A stretch of DNA of 39,929 nucleotides. Origin: Candidatus Heimdallarchaeota archaeon. GTDB lineage: Archaea; Asgardarchaeota; Heimdallarchaeia; Heimdallarchaeales; Heimdallarchaeaceae. Location: positions 1-39,929 of the forward strand of contig JAAFKJ010000031.1 of the NCBI GenBank assembly GCA_021399395.1. The letters are read 5' to 3'. The notes beneath the pieces were generated by a model. It was not told the origin of the DNA. It did no database searches and was given only the letters and a program-made list of their open reading frames with translations. Shown here piece by piece: positions 9,917 to 18,330 of the stretch (its first letter is position 1; every line of letters starts with the position of its first letter). Position numbers and translations under genes: made by a program.

Positions 9917-10201
9917 TTAGTAATCGTAATCAGTTATCTCAAGTAGCGTTATTATTTGTAATAACATTGTTCGTGCATGAGCTGGACAATTTGGATCTTG
10001 AGATATTTCATCTAGGATTTCTATTGCATTGTTTGCTTTAACTGCTATGCTTAATTCAGGATCTGGTTCTCTTATGATTTCGAGTGAGTTGGTTGCTGCT
10101 CTTCTGATATTTCTTGGAACAGTTGTATCCTCACTTATTCGCTCTAGTAGCTGAACTGCTTCATTTACCTGTTCGAGGGTTTCTTCGCTCACTTTTAACA
10201 C
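9917..10201 (-). CDS. UPF0147 family protein
   Basis: EDTTVPRNIRRAA and LDEISQDPNCPAHART match the archaeal UPF0147 signature. Confidence 0.9.
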   Translation of the reverse strand: MLKVSEETLEQVNEAVQLLERISEDTTVPRNIRRAATNSLEIIREPDPELSIAVKANNAIEILDEISQDPNCPAHARTMLLQIITLLEITDYDY

Positions 10202-10314
10202 CCCTTTAAAAACTCATGTCGAGTATTCCTCATACTCTCGCTTTTTTAATCATTTCGGTGTTCAATAGAAATTTGTAAAGAAAAATAGTAACAAAAGTGA
10301 GATTTGTTGAATAT

Positions 10315-11274
10315 TTAAAGCTGTTTTAACCATTCTACATATTTGCTTATCCCTACGCTGAAAGGATTTTTAACTTCCCAACCAAGTGCTTGTAGTTTTG
10401 AAATGTCTGCTGAACTATAGGTCACATCCCCTTTCCATCCTCTTTTACCTCCTGTAAAAGTAAAATTAACATCAGATAAATCAAGTATTTTTGTTAGTTC
10501 TTCAGCAATTTCTATAACAGTTGTAGTTTCCTCAGAGCTGACGTTGAAAACATTAAAACCTTCTTGCAAATTTTTAAGAGTTATATCAAATGCATTAACA
10601 GTATCGTCAATGTAAAGGTAACTCTTTGTTTGGGTACCATCTCCAAGTATCTCTAATTCCTTTGAATTTCTCTGCAATTTATGGTAGAAGTCATAAATCA
10701 CTCCATGTGTAGAACGTGGTCCGAAAATATTTCCTAACCTTAAAGAAGTAATGTTGAAATTATAGAGGGATGTGTAGCTCGAACAATACATCTCAGCTGC
10801 AGCTTTTGCAGCTCCATAATTGCTTATTGGTTTTAGAGGGTAGTTTTCTGGTGTAGGGTGGACCTCAGGTTCTCCATAAACTGTTCCAACAGAACTTGCA
10901 AAGATTAAATCTTTGATATCCTTCACTCTCATGTATTCCAATATATTGAAAGTTCCAATCACATTAGTTTCAAAATCCAATCTAGGTTCACTAACGCTTA
11001 ATTTTACATCAGGTTGAGCAGCAAGATGAAAGATACAATCATAATTTGAATCAAGTGATAATATATCATCATAGTTTTGCACACTTATTTGATGAAAATC
11101 TGCTTTCCCTTCTTCTAAATATTTATTGAGATATCTTAGGTCTGTTTTCGCTGATAAATCATCAATAACTGTTACGTAAAAACCCTTTTTCACAAGCATA
11201 TCCACTATATGGGAGCCTATAAAACCGCATCCACCTGTAACTAAAATGTTTTTTGTTATGTGTTTAACCCCCAA
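10315..11274 (-). CDS. NAD-dependent nucleotide-sugar epimerase/dehydratase (GalE-like extended SDR)
   Basis: TGGCGFIG, HLAA, YGAAK (YxxxK), GWKGDV. Confidence 0.9.
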   Translation of the reverse strand: MGVKHITKNILVTGGCGFIGSHIVDMLVKKGFYVTVIDDLSAKTDLRYLNKYLEEGKADFHQISVQNYDDILSLDSNYDCIFHLAAQPDVKLSVSEPRLDFETNVIGTFNILEYMRVKDIKDLIFASSVGTVYGEPEVHPTPENYPLKPISNYGAAKAAAEMYCSSYTSLYNFNITSLRLGNIFGPRSTHGVIYDFYHKLQRNSKELEILGDGTQTKSYLYIDDTVNAFDITLKNLQEGFNVFNVSSEETTTVIEIAEELTKILDLSDVNFTFTGGKRGWKGDVTYSSADISKLQALGWEVKNPFSVGISKYVEWLKQL

Positions 11275-11282
11275 ATTGTGAA

Positions 11283-12548
11283 CTAATCTAATGCTTTAGC
11301 AAAGTTTTCTAACTCTGTTAAGAATATCTCTACTTCATCCATCGTATTGTAGATGTAGAGTGAAGCTCTGGTTATACCTTCTCCTTTTCCAGGATTTATT
11401 CCTATTTGATATTGGAATGGATGAACACACATATTTCCTGATCTCATCAGAATCTTATGATGTGGAATCATATCGTTGAAATATTCAGTTACATCGTTAT
11501 GGTTCATTACATCCGATTTAGGTCTGAAAGATACGAGCGCGGCTCTTTGTTTATAATCAAGTGGCCCTAATACTTCGAATTTTTCTAATTCTAGAATCCC
11601 TTCTAATAATCTTTTAGAAAATGATTGTTCTCTATTGTGAACATTCTCCATACCAATTTTCTGCAAGTAATCTATTGCTGCACCAGCACCCATCATACCA
11701 CCATAATTCTGCAATCCTGCTTCGAATTTATGTGGAGGTGGTAGATACTTAGGAGTAATTTTTCCATTCTCATAAACCACATCCTCAATTACATCACCAC
11801 CAACAAGGAACATATCTAGTTGTTCTAGAAGTTCGTACTTACCGTATAACGCACCTATACCGGTTGGACCACAGGCTTTATGGATACTCAAAACACTAAA
11901 GTCCACATCAAGCTTCTTAACATCTAGTTTGTTATGTGGAGCAAATTGAGCTTCATCTGAAACTACCCAAGCACCATGTTCGTGAGAGATTTTTACTACG
12001 TCTTCAAGAGGTGCAATAGTCCCTGTTAGATTAGAAGCATGTACAAAAGATACAATTTTAGTTTTATCATCTATTTTTTCTTCAAAATCTGCAGCATCAA
12101 ATGTTCCATCTGGTTTTGCATCGACAAGCCTTAGTTCACATCCAACTTCTTGGCATTTTTTGAAGAATGGAAGCATACCACTATGGTGTTCTAAAGAAGT
12201 TGTAACAATGTTTTGATCCTTCTCTATTGGTAAAGTTGCAGCAATAATATTCATTCCTTCTGTTGCATTTCTTGTCCAAATTATTTCATTTTGACTTCTT
12301 GCATTAATGAAAGAAGCAATCTTCACACGAGCTTCTTCAGTAAGCTGACTTGTCTCTACCCCTAAACTATGTGTTGACCTTCCGGCCCCACCACAAGCAC
12401 CAAGATATTTGTAATAATACTCCATCGCTTCCCAAACTTGAACAGGTTTGAGTGCCATGCAAGCAGAATCAAAATAGATTAAACTTTTTCCTTCATAAAG
12501 CTGATTTAAAACAGGAAAATCTTTTCTTATACGAGCCCATACAACCAT
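11283..12548 (-). CDS. sufS: Cysteine desulfurase, SufS/CsdA-like (class V PLP enzyme)
   Basis: IRKDFP, YFDSA, EHHS, SIHK (PLP Lys), FEAG and RSGNMC (catalytic Cys). Confidence 0.85.
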   Translation of the reverse strand: MVVWARIRKDFPVLNQLYEGKSLIYFDSACMALKPVQVWEAMEYYYKYLGACGGAGRSTHSLGVETSQLTEEARVKIASFINARSQNEIIWTRNATEGMNIIAATLPIEKDQNIVTTSLEHHSGMLPFFKKCQEVGCELRLVDAKPDGTFDAADFEEKIDDKTKIVSFVHASNLTGTIAPLEDVVKISHEHGAWVVSDEAQFAPHNKLDVKKLDVDFSVLSIHKACGPTGIGALYGKYELLEQLDMFLVGGDVIEDVVYENGKITPKYLPPPHKFEAGLQNYGGMMGAGAAIDYLQKIGMENVHNREQSFSKRLLEGILELEKFEVLGPLDYKQRAALVSFRPKSDVMNHNDVTEYFNDMIPHHKILMRSGNMCVHPFQYQIGINPGKGEGITRASLYIYNTMDEVEIFLTELENFAKALD

Positions 12549-12561
12549 TTTATCACCATTA

Positions 12562-12798
12562 CTATTCTGTAACTTTTAGTAATTTCCAAGCAAATCCTTC
12601 AGAAGTCCATTTTCTCTCAACTATACCATCTTCAACGAGCTGTTTTCCTGCCAAAATAACATCTCCACCTGAAGAACATCCAGCACAAAGTTCAGGAAAT
12701 AAATCTCTCATAGCCATAATCTCTTTTGTGGTTGCAGGATTCTTTTCCTTCAAAATTGTCATCACACATTCAATGTTTCGTTCTTTGAATTCGCTCAT
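12562..12798 (-). CDS. Small winged-helix-like protein containing a CxxC motif
   Basis: 78 aa; helix pattern TILKEKNPATTKEI...KQLVEDGIVER...WKL typical of wHTH; CAGC insertion; ends 13 nt before sufS. Confidence 0.65.
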   Translation of the reverse strand: MSEFKERNIECVMTILKEKNPATTKEIMAMRDLFPELCAGCSSGGDVILAGKQLVEDGIVERKWTSEGFAWKLLKVTE

Positions 12799-12869
12799 AG
12801 TATCATAAGACCAGTTCTTAGTATGAATTTAAATTATTCTACTAATGTAATATAAAAAATGCTTTATTA

Positions 12870-13787
12870 TTAGAAAAATTCAGATAAGGATTTCTGACCT
12901 TTCATCTTTAATGGAGTAGACGAAAAAGACATTATATGACCGATGATTTTGGACATATTTGTTACATAAAAACTGTTGTTTACTTTTGTTACAAGGAGTT
13001 TTCCTTTAACCCCAACTATCTCACCCGTTATTTGTAATGTTTTATCAACTTCGTTCAAGATAGGATTACTTTCCAAGGAAGGAATGTTGCCATAAAATGA
13101 TTCTAGTTCATGCTCTTCATGCAAAAGATCAGAATTTTCTGTTTCATATCCACTTTTTCCTATGTAGGATTTGACATCTTCTACTATAGCCCTGAAATCA
13201 GGGATAGATGTAGATAAATTGAAATTAAGTTTTCTAGCTTTTGCGGTCTTACGGATAGTTTGAGAGATTTGAAGATCAGAAGATATAGCTTTTTCCAAAG
13301 TTCTAGCTTCAAATCCGTTCTTAGCTCTAATAACTTCAACAGCTAAATCAGCACCTTGATTTATCCACCTTTTTAACGGATTAATAGAGACACCAACCTT
13401 AACATCGTTTGCAACAAGCGCTATATAAACTGAACAAGGGTGATCTCTACAATATTCATACGCCAGGGGGTTATGTGAACAATTGCCAAAAGGTTTACTT
13501 GCATCACAAAAAAGGAAGCATTTCTCAAAATCTTGTTGCTCACAGTTATAACATCGATTGTATTTATCATCTACCCTTTTGTTGCATAAATAATATTCGC
13601 TTTTGTTAATCGAATGACCAATACATGTCTTTTCTTCAGATACTTTAAGATGGAATTCATCACCAGGAGAAAGATATTTCTTATAAGTTTGATCAGGCGC
13701 TTTCTCCAAATCTCTAAAGATTAGAAAAGCATAGGGTGGGATTGATGGATCCCATTTTGCTGCAATTAGATGTTCCTTCAACAACAT
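12870..13787 (-). CDS. DUF2797-like Cys-rich protein with C-terminal PIP box
   Basis: Cys clusters; VYIA...KVGVS...RWINQGA; GEIVGVKG; C-terminus QKSLSEFF. Start at ATG 13787 (GGAG upstream) avoids overlap with FAU-1. Confidence 0.8.
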   Translation of the reverse strand: MLLKEHLIAAKWDPSIPPYAFLIFRDLEKAPDQTYKKYLSPGDEFHLKVSEEKTCIGHSINKSEYYLCNKRVDDKYNRCYNCEQQDFEKCFLFCDASKPFGNCSHNPLAYEYCRDHPCSVYIALVANDVKVGVSINPLKRWINQGADLAVEVIRAKNGFEARTLEKAISSDLQISQTIRKTAKARKLNFNLSTSIPDFRAIVEDVKSYIGKSGYETENSDLLHEEHELESFYGNIPSLESNPILNEVDKTLQITGEIVGVKGKLLVTKVNNSFYVTNMSKIIGHIMSFSSTPLKMKGQKSLSEFF

Positions 13788-13795
13788 CTCCACTT

Positions 13796-15235
13796 TTATT
13801 TCTTTGAAGAAATAAGAATTGACTCTTTTCCTTCTGATAATTGCTTTTTGCATTCCTCAAATATCGAATAGATTTTTTCTTTTAGCTGGGAAGATATAAT
13901 ACCTCGCTCAAACAGTTGATTTATAATACCTTGATCAAGATCCTTTATCTCATCATCCTTTTTAATTAAGGTTAATCCTAAATCTATGTATCTCAGCTTT
14001 CCACCATCACAAAGGTCTACAGGAGTAACAATTTTAATAATTTCACCTAATATTTTTTCATCTCTTAAAATCTTCATGTGTACTGACCAACTACCTTCTT
14101 TAACTACTATTGATGATGTATCTCCTTGCTTTATTTCAACATCTAAATTGTGATGTGTTCCTCTAGAAGATCTAAAGCTTCTTTTGATATTCAAAACATC
14201 ATCATCCCAGCTTAGTTGACCTAAGATTCTTTCTTGTGGAGGTGAAGTCAAATTATACTCTTGGAGATAAATTATTGAATTTTCACTGAAATCTTTCTCT
14301 AGAATTAATTTTTTTAACATATCAGCTAACTTCTTACCATCTATATCTGAGGCTATTTTTTCAGCAAATTGAGTTGTTAGTTTCAGTTCTGGAGAATAAG
14401 ACATAAACCAATGATAGAGCGGAATACTAGAAACTATTTCATTGCGAATAGCTGTTATTTTCTCCTTAGCTGCTTTTACAAATAGAATATGTGCAACTGT
14501 TTGTCCAGGTTGTAAAATACCAGGACCATAAGAAGACCCCGATATAAGTAAATCGAGTTCCTCAGCTCTTTGAACCAATTGGTCTATATCTGCTTGAATT
14601 GCTTCTTGTGAAGCTTTTGTTGCGCTTGTTCTCATAATTAAACCATGATCCCCAGGACGCAAGTCTTTTCCTAATGCAAATAATTTATCTCTATCATTTT
14701 TTGGTAATTTTCTAGAAACCCTTACAAAGTTAGCATCACGTTCTAAAATAACAGATTGACCTGGAAAGTGGATAGTTGTTGAACAAACAGGTAGTTGATC
14801 TTCAAATACATTTAGCTGTTTTATCTGAACTACAACTTTTTGACCTCTGTGAAAATTTGAACCAAATAAAATTGTATTGACATTTTCACCAATATCAATT
14901 ACAGATAGATTCTTTTCATTATTAATATGGACAACTTTTCCATTATACACAGCATGTAATTGAACTGGATGTTGGAGAATTATCGAATCAGGAATTGTTT
15001 TATGGAGAAGTGCAGTTATTGCAGACACATATTCTTCCTCACCTTCAATGGATATTCCGTATCCACCTAATATATCTTGAATTTCAAGATCATAAGGATC
15101 TAATCTGTCTTCTACCTTGAACACATTAGTCTGTTCTGGAAGGGTTTGTACGAGATTATATTTCAAGTTTTCAGAAACTAATTTAATTAGAGCAATATCA
15201 TAAATGCTCCTTACACGAAACGTTGGAGAAACCAT
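13796..15235 (-). CDS. fau-1: Probable ribonuclease FAU-1 (AU-rich RNA-binding protein, RNase E/G-like N-terminal part)
   Basis: N-terminal RVRSIYDIALIKL resembles the FAU-1 RIRGIYSTAL motif; RVSRKL...GLIMRTSA; C-terminal TPV...RYIDL of DUF402 type. Confidence 0.75.
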   Translation of the reverse strand: MVSPTFRVRSIYDIALIKLVSENLKYNLVQTLPEQTNVFKVEDRLDPYDLEIQDILGGYGISIEGEEEYVSAITALLHKTIPDSIILQHPVQLHAVYNGKVVHINNEKNLSVIDIGENVNTILFGSNFHRGQKVVVQIKQLNVFEDQLPVCSTTIHFPGQSVILERDANFVRVSRKLPKNDRDKLFALGKDLRPGDHGLIMRTSATKASQEAIQADIDQLVQRAEELDLLISGSSYGPGILQPGQTVAHILFVKAAKEKITAIRNEIVSSIPLYHWFMSYSPELKLTTQFAEKIASDIDGKKLADMLKKLILEKDFSENSIIYLQEYNLTSPPQERILGQLSWDDDVLNIKRSFRSSRGTHHNLDVEIKQGDTSSIVVKEGSWSVHMKILRDEKILGEIIKIVTPVDLCDGGKLRYIDLGLTLIKKDDEIKDLDQGIINQLFERGIISSQLKEKIYSIFEECKKQLSEGKESILISSKK

Positions 15236-15362
15236 TACAAAGTCACCTATAGTCAGAAAATAGCTAAGACGAATAAAAACTTAATGAAATAAAAGTTTCT
15301 GAGAATTGTTTTACTCACATGGTTTTAGATAAATCTTTGATAGGATAAAAAAAAATCAGATA

Positions 15363-15445
15363 TGGAGCCAGGACGGGGATTTGAACCCCGGAGGCATATG
15401 CCAGAGGTTTTCGAGACCACCGCCGTACCGCTTGGCTATCCTGGC
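15363..15445 (-). tRNA. tRNA-Ser(CGA), CCA encoded
   Basis: Reverse complement GCCAGGA...GTGGT-CT-CGA-AA-ACCTC, long variable arm GGCATATGCC, T-loop TTCAAAT, TCCTGGC-T-CCA. Confidence 0.92.
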
Positions 15446-15520
15446 AAAACAAATTCTTAGAAATTCAATTGATGTTTGGCTATAGTTAGTAGAATAAAAA
15501 AATCTTTGTGTGAATTAAAT

Positions 15521-16114
15521 TTAGTTTTTTAATCTAATAAACTGCCTACTTCCACAATTTGTACAACCTTTAGAGGAGCAATCTGAACAATAATGTTTTC
15601 CACATTTAGCACATTTTGATGTTCCAGTATTTTTACAAGTGGAACAGCCTTTCAAAACCATTCTGCCCTTAAATTTCACCCCTAGATATACTGCACCTAC
15701 TGCTCCCCCGAGAACAGCTACTACAATAATAACTGTTCTGAAAGCTTTCCAGACAGGACTTGTTGGAGGAGTAGAGTCCACTACTATGTCGTAAATTGTA
15801 ACATTGTAGTATTCAATTAAATCTGGTCCTACATTCCAAGTTACATAGGGTTTCTTTTCAAATTCTTTCATCCCTAGGATTGCATTAACAAAATTAAAAT
15901 TCACTGCATTTGTATTAACTTCGACTCTGAATGCACCTTCGGCTGTGTATTCGATTACAAACTCACCGTTTCTATAACTCACAAAACCTACATCAACAAC
16001 ATCATCATATTCTATACCTGCATATTCATCGTAGGCATACACCGACACTAGTGTATTCAATAGAAGAATAGCGAAGAAGCCTAAGAAAATCATACATCGG
16101 CGAATACGTGTCAT
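15521..16114 (-). CDS. Type I membrane protein: degenerate FKBP-like ectodomain, TM helix, cytoplasmic 8-Cys zinc finger (paralog B)
   Basis: Signal peptide; DVVDVGFV...NAILGMKEFEKK; TM helix; CxxC-x7-CxxC-x4-CxxC-x4-CxxC. Confidence 0.75.
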   Translation of the reverse strand: MTRIRRCMIFLGFFAILLLNTLVSVYAYDEYAGIEYDDVVDVGFVSYRNGEFVIEYTAEGAFRVEVNTNAVNFNFVNAILGMKEFEKKPYVTWNVGPDLIEYYNVTIYDIVVDSTPPTSPVWKAFRTVIIVVAVLGGAVGAVYLGVKFKGRMVLKGCSTCKNTGTSKCAKCGKHYCSDCSSKGCTNCGSRQFIRLKN

Positions 16115-16163
16115 CGAGAGAATTGAAAGAAAGAAACTTAAAAGAATTTCGAAGTGGGAGGAA

Positions 16164-16811
16164 TTACTTCGTACGAATTAGTGAACGACCTTTACATGAA
16201 GGGCAACCATTAGAAAAACATTTCTCACAGAAGCTTTCACCACAATTCTTACACTTTCCAACTGCAAGGGTTTTACATGTTAAACATCTTTTGCCGAATA
16301 TTTTTGGACCGTAACGATATACAACGTATGAAATACCAATTACACCACCAACACCAAGTACTACTCCTAGAATGATCAAAAGAGTTGTTCCGAAGTCACT
16401 AGTACCATCAGTATATACCTCGGTGTAGTGGAAATGGTTGATTTCATAAATTTGTAGATTCTGGTAAACTAAGGTTTCTCCTGCATATATACCATAAACA
16501 GGATCGGTAACATCAAAACCATCTTCTGGAGGGATTATTACGTTGTTCTTAGTTGCTCCATTCTTCATTCCCAACAGTGCACCAAATAATCCTGGAGGAT
16601 TAACGATTTCCGGAGCAAAATTAATTGAGATTGCATTGGCTTCAGTTATTGTTTCCACTTGCAATGTATTTACAAAAAGCTGATATCCATAATCAACAAA
16701 ATCTCCTTGTTCAAGAATATACTTATCTGCATAACATGGGGAGCTATAGTTAACAGTGAGGGTTACTATAATAGGAACAATAATCATCAGTAACAAAGCA
16801 TGGCGCTTCAT
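16164..16811 (-). CDS. Type I membrane protein: FKBP/SlyD-like ectodomain, TM helix, cytoplasmic 8-Cys zinc finger (paralog A)
   Basis: Signal peptide; GDFVDYGY...PGLFGALLGMKNG...IIPPEDGF...GETLVY; TM helix; same 8-Cys spacing as its neighbour. Confidence 0.8.
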   Translation of the reverse strand: MKRHALLLMIIVPIIVTLTVNYSSPCYADKYILEQGDFVDYGYQLFVNTLQVETITEANAISINFAPEIVNPPGLFGALLGMKNGATKNNVIIPPEDGFDVTDPVYGIYAGETLVYQNLQIYEINHFHYTEVYTDGTSDFGTTLLIILGVVLGVGGVIGISYVVYRYGPKIFGKRCLTCKTLAVGKCKNCGESFCEKCFSNGCPSCKGRSLIRTK

Positions 16812-16958
16812 TAATCGTAAGAAATGGCACCAATAATAAAAAGCTATCGAATTGTAATTTTATAAAATAAAAAAATTAATTATTGATTTGCAGACCCGGG
16901 GCCATTTTATTGTATACTTCTAGGGAGAAAAAGAGGAGGTAATAGATAAAATAAAAAT

Positions 16959-17065
16959 TGGCGAGGCAGCCGGGATTTGAACCCGGGTCGAAGGAGTTCC
17001 GCACTCTTAGTGGTTACTTCGAGCTTGACAGTCCCCCATCATAGACCGAGCTAAACTACTGCCCC
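16959..17065 (-). tRNA. tRNA-Asp(GTC) with a 29-nt intron at 37/38 (16997-17025), CCA encoded
   Basis: GGGGCAG/CTGCCTC acceptor; GGGGA-CT-GTC-A^intron^C-TCCTT; BHB motif with CTGT/GCGG helix and two 3-nt bulges; TTCAAAT T-loop. Confidence 0.93.
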
Positions 17066-17206
17066 ATTTTTTGGATATCCTTTTTTTTCAATTTCTTCTT
17101 TTAAACTTGTCGTTTAGTATGATTAGACTCTCAATATTAAATTGTAAGGACTATATTTTCACTGGTAAAAATATGTAAAAACTTTGAAAAGAGCCTTTTT
17201 CATACC

Positions 17207-17839
17207 CTACTCTAAACCAACTTCTACACGTTTCTTTTCAACGGCTCTCATCAATTCTTTTGAGAATGTTACAAAAGCTTCCTCCACTTTTTCGCCTGTC
17301 TTCGCAGAAGTGATGAAAAATGATTCTTTTGGAAGATTCAATTCCTCAATTATTGCATCAATGCTTTCTTGTGACACCGCTGCTTGTTCTTTGAGATCTG
17401 CTTTGTTTCCAATTAAGAAGTAAATTACATCCTCTTCTACACTTTCCAATCCCTTTTTCCAAGCCTTAACAGAATTAAGAGTATTATTTCTTGTTAAATC
17501 AAATACTAAGAAACAACCTCTTGCCCCTCTGTAGAATTTTTCTCTTACTGAAGCGAATCTTTCTTGACCTCCGATGTCACTTATTAGGAACAACACTTCA
17601 TCTTTTCCGACAAATAATTGTTTGCTTAGAATATCGACACCAATTGTCATTAGATATGATGCTTGAAATCGGTTATGAACAAATCTAGTGATTAGAGAAC
17701 TTTTACCTACCCCTGGATCGCCTAGTAAAACTATTTTGAAGATATATTTCTTACCATGTCCCTCTTCTTCCGCCATTATTTTCCCCTTGCTGTGTTCATT
17801 TACTCCTTTGTTATTAATTTTGTGCTTGTCTTTTGTCAA
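17207..17839 (-). CDS. Rab-like small GTPase (Ras superfamily)
   Basis: G1 GDPGVGKS, G2 TIGVD, G3 DIGGQERF, FYRGA, G4 NKAD, G5 SAK. Start is TTG 17839 or ATG 17776. Confidence 0.93.
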   Translation of the reverse strand: MTKDKHKINNKGVNEHSKGKIMAEEEGHGKKYIFKIVLLGDPGVGKSSLITRFVHNRFQASYLMTIGVDILSKQLFVGKDEVLFLISDIGGQERFASVREKFYRGARGCFLVFDLTRNNTLNSVKAWKKGLESVEEDVIYFLIGNKADLKEQAAVSQESIDAIIEELNLPKESFFITSAKTGEKVEEAFVTFSKELMRAVEKKRVEVGLE

Positions 17840-17846
17840 ATCACCA

Positions 17847-18251
17847 TTAAATTTTGAATTTTTCCAATATTTCTTTTGCTACGGATTCATCTAGTTCCGA
17901 TTGTGCTGGAAGTTTCATAATCCCATCTTCAGGAAATCTTGGTATCAGATGAAAATGAACATGTCCAATAACTTGCCCCGCATCCTTACCATTACTTTGG
18001 ACGACATTTAATCCAGTAGCTTCTGTTACTTCTTTTAATTTCTTTGAAATTTCTGGCAATTTCTTAAGAAAAGCCATTTCCTCTTCAGGAACATCTATAA
18101 TTTGTTCATAGTGCTTCTTTGGGATTACTAGACTATGTCCCTTTGATACAGGAAATATATCTAGAAATACCTTCACTTCTTCATCTTCGTAAAGAGTATG
18201 GCTAGGCATTTCTCCACGAACGATTTTACAGAAAAGACAATCATCAACCAT
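17847..18251 (-). CDS. HIT family (HINT-like) nucleotide hydrolase
   Basis: CLFC, GHSLVIPKKH, AGQVIGHVHFHLIPR. Confidence 0.95.
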   Translation of the reverse strand: MVDDCLFCKIVRGEMPSHTLYEDEEVKVFLDIFPVSKGHSLVIPKKHYEQIIDVPEEEMAFLKKLPEISKKLKEVTEATGLNVVQSNGKDAGQVIGHVHFHLIPRFPEDGIMKLPAQSELDESVAKEILEKFKI

Positions 18252-18330
18252 TAAGACACGCTCTCTTCTTTTCCTAATGGTTTACATTCCTACTTCTTCA
18301 GTTTTTTGCATGTAAGAATTTAATGTAGAA

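Noticed and set aside
13788-13853. N-terminal extension of DUF2797 overlapping FAU-1
   Set aside because: ATG 13787 with an upstream GGAG directly after the FAU-1 stop is the simpler start.
15446-16958. Possible integrated island between tRNA-Asp and tRNA-Ser
   Set aside because: No integrase and no duplicated tRNA 3' end. The gacccggg near 16893 matches the tRNA-Asp T-arm only briefly and in inverted orientation.
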